This document shows, in pieces, positions 61,684 to 64,000 of a stretch of 64,000 nucleotides of DNA. Within the stretch, counting starts at the first letter, position 1. Every line of letters begins with the position of its first letter. This stretch comes from the human T2T-CHM13v2.0 reference genome, Homo sapiens, in the NCBI RefSeq assembly GCF_009914755.1, contig NC_060934.1; one strand, 5' to 3'. Below the pieces are notes generated by a model. The model was given only the letters and a program-made list of their open reading frames with translations, searched no databases and had not been told where the DNA came from. A program made the position numbers and the translations under genes.

Positions 61684-61804
61684 TGAGTGGAGTGTTAGGC
61701 TCTGGATTTGCAAATAATTTCTGCAGAAATGGCTAGTTAGCTGGGACTTTGTAGTCAGGAGGGCAGAGCTCCCCAGTCCAGCTCCCTTCCCTTGCTTCTC
61801 TTAC

Positions 61805-61950
61805 CCTTGCGGTGCTTGAAGCAGTCTGTGTTAAATCTTTCTTGCGTTTTCGGACCAGCCTTCGCCGTCTATGAGTGTGGTACATTTTCTCTGCTGCAAC
61901 CCAGGATTTGGGCTTATGATCAGGAGGAATGGTGATTCCATATTCCCAGC
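61805..61950 (-). CDS. MYOF: MYOF exon ~29 ([17 protein letters not shown]...[23 protein letters not shown]; DysF)
   Basis: cag|GC TGG...AGG|gtaag; 146 nt, phase 1-0; not in the ORF track. Confidence 0.96.
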
Positions 61951-63010
61951 CTGGAACAGAGTTTGTGAATGGTTACCCAGAAGAGATGCATTTGCCAGAT
62001 CACCAAATAAACCTCGAGGAAACATTTGTTCACTCTCCCTGCCCTCAGATGTTCTGTACTATCATGACCGAATATGTGGCTGTTTTCACTTTGCTGGGTT
62101 ATTCAGCCAAACTGAATACAGCCTCATTCCCATTCAGCTCCTCAAAATGCCTCCTTGGTGGCCATGTTCTCCCCTACTTTTATGCTTCCAGTCATTCATG
62201 GTAACTGAGTGCACTTAGGAATAAAGCACAGTTCAAGAGGCAGGAAGAAACAGCAGGTAAGCGTGTGGACTGTGCGGTTGCACAGCCTGGGTTCAAATCC
62301 TAGCATCGCCACATGTTGGCTGTTAACTAAATAAGTTTCCAGCAAGTTGGTAAACCTGCCTATGGCCCAATTTCCCCACTGTAAAGTGGGATTATAGGGT
62401 TACAGTATTTTAACACTATCAAAATGACATATGCAAAGCATTAGGGCCATACTTAGCACACAGCTATTGCTCAGTCAATGCTAACGATTATTCTGAGATC
62501 TGGTGTGTGCATCGAGATCAGTGAGGAGCTTATAATTGATTTGAAATCTTCTGGGTCAATGCCAGTTCTATGCACCATGCATAAGGAAAGTAATGAATCA
62601 GATTTTCTCTTTTGAGAATTCCAAATGCTATTGTTCACTTAACTTTAATTATGGTTCAGAAAAAGACAAATATCAGAAGCTATATCAGTAGTCTGCATCA
62701 TTGCTGCATAGGAAGACTTTAAGGGTAGTTTACAGTTCTCTTTTCTGCGTCAGGGGGGCCCTGAATGTGATGTTCCCAGGGAGGTTATGGGGTGTGGTTA
62801 GAATAGAGAAAATCTTGACTCCAGCTCCCTCCCAAATTCTCATCCTGGATCCCCAAGCATCTCAAAACCTGACCAGTTGGCCCCATCACCTGATGTTTTT
62901 CACTCTTAACACCCCCTGCTCACTTAGCACTTGTCCATACACTTGCCTTTCCCTTGGATTCTACATTTGGTTAGTCACAGACGGTACCACATGACCCAGA
63001 TGCCACAGAC

Positions 63011-63317
63011 CAGCGGTCCCCAACCTTTCTGTCACCAAGGACCGGTTCCATGGGAGACAATTTTTCTATGGACAGGGTTGTGGGGTAGAGGGAGGATGGC
63101 TAGATTCCCATGAGGAGCACACAACCTAGACCCCTCTCACGTGCAGTTCACAATAGGGTTCGCACTCTTAGGAGAATCTAATGCTGCCACGGATCTGACA
63201 GGAGGCAGAGCTCAGGTGGTAATGCTCACTTGCCCGCCGCTCACCTCCTGCTGTGCGGCCTTGTTCCTAAAAGGCCATGAACTGGTACCAGTCTGGCCTG
63301 GGGGCTGGGGACTCCTG
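63011..63317. mobile_element. MER1B-like hAT transposon
   Basis: Terminal inverted repeats cagcggtccccaacc / ggctggggactcctg; 8-bp TSD cca(c/t)agac. Confidence 0.88.
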
Positions 63318-63423
63318 CCATAGACCAACAGAAGTGAGGCCCCTCCCTCCCAAGGAAACTTTATCCTGGTTAACCAAGGCCCTGCTGCAGAGCCCCAATC
63401 AGGTCACAGATGTACAATGTTAC

Positions 63424-63529
63424 CTTTCTCATCCACCGCTCGATTTATGTCATAAGACCATGCATCATCTTCCCATTCCCAACCTGGAGGACAAGTCAAC
63501 TCGCTGGGTGATGCTGCTTTATCGCCGTT
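63424..63529 (-). CDS. MYOF: MYOF exon ~28 (NGDKAASPSELTCPPGWEWEDDAWSYDINRAVDEK; DysF region)
   Basis: aag|AAC...AAAG|gtaac; 106 nt, phase 0-1. Confidence 0.96.
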
Positions 63530-63919
63530 CTTACAAAACAAAAATAAAAACAAAGAAGAGAGGTAAGCCATAGTGTCAGTAAGAGGCAAAGGGTCCAATA
63601 TAGTTCCTCATTTAACTATGGCATTCACACCTTTACTTAGATACCATCTTAGAGATCCATTTCACTCAGAAAAATCTCTAATCTTTATTTATTCACAACT
63701 GCTAAATAAAAATTAGTTTAAACTACCTTTTGTTTTTACTATTAGGGAATAGTACTAGGTTCAATCATGTGAAATTGCTGTTGTTATAGGTCAAAGTGGT
63801 TGAATCTCAGCAATTTCTTATGGTTCAACTTAATATTATGAAATGGTGCAACTCTCTTTATGAGGGGTTACATGGGATAGAACCCATCAGAGAATGGGTA
63901 AAACATTCAAGACACATGG

Positions 63920-64000
63920 TTGTTTGTTTCTTTGTTTTGAGACAGAGCCTCGCTCTGTTGCCCAGGCTGGAGTGCAGTGGCGTAATCTCGGCTCACTGCA
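63920..64000 (-). mobile_element. Alu, 3' end, cut by the window edge
   Basis: tttgagacagagcctcgctctgttgcccaggctggagtgcag. Confidence 0.92.

Overview
Human genomic DNA: Alu-rich and carrying a consensus-like AluYb8. It holds the 3' half of the myoferlin gene (MYOF, ferlin family, chr10q23 from prior knowledge) on the minus strand. I traced 27 consecutive coding exons by hand from 63529 down to the stop at 8935-8937. All have AG/GT boundaries and consistent phases, totalling 3318 nt (1105 aa plus stop) and covering the DysF region, the C-terminal C2 domains and the TM anchor. Exon numbers 28-54 assume the 54-exon model, counted back from the last exon. The 3'UTR ends at an AATAAA (8416-8421), followed by about 8 kb of downstream flank. 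There is no prokaryote-type system (no CRISPR array or operon), and most ORFs in the track are Alu, L1 or low-complexity artefacts. The most interesting structure is a splicing-control cluster in the linker between exons 38 and 40: a 57-nt cassette exon (38a) with RBFOX/QKI motifs, a 12-nt LTEK microexon, a candidate unannotated stop-carrying microexon and competing inverted Alus. Other points of interest are an Alu whose target-site duplication (TSD) copied an exon's splice donor, an AluYb8 that could create a human-specific poison exon, an Alu and a 5S retrocopy stacked at one target site, and a perfect DR3 nuclear-receptor element downstream of the gene. Repeat subfamily calls come from remembered consensus sequences and their boundaries are approximate.
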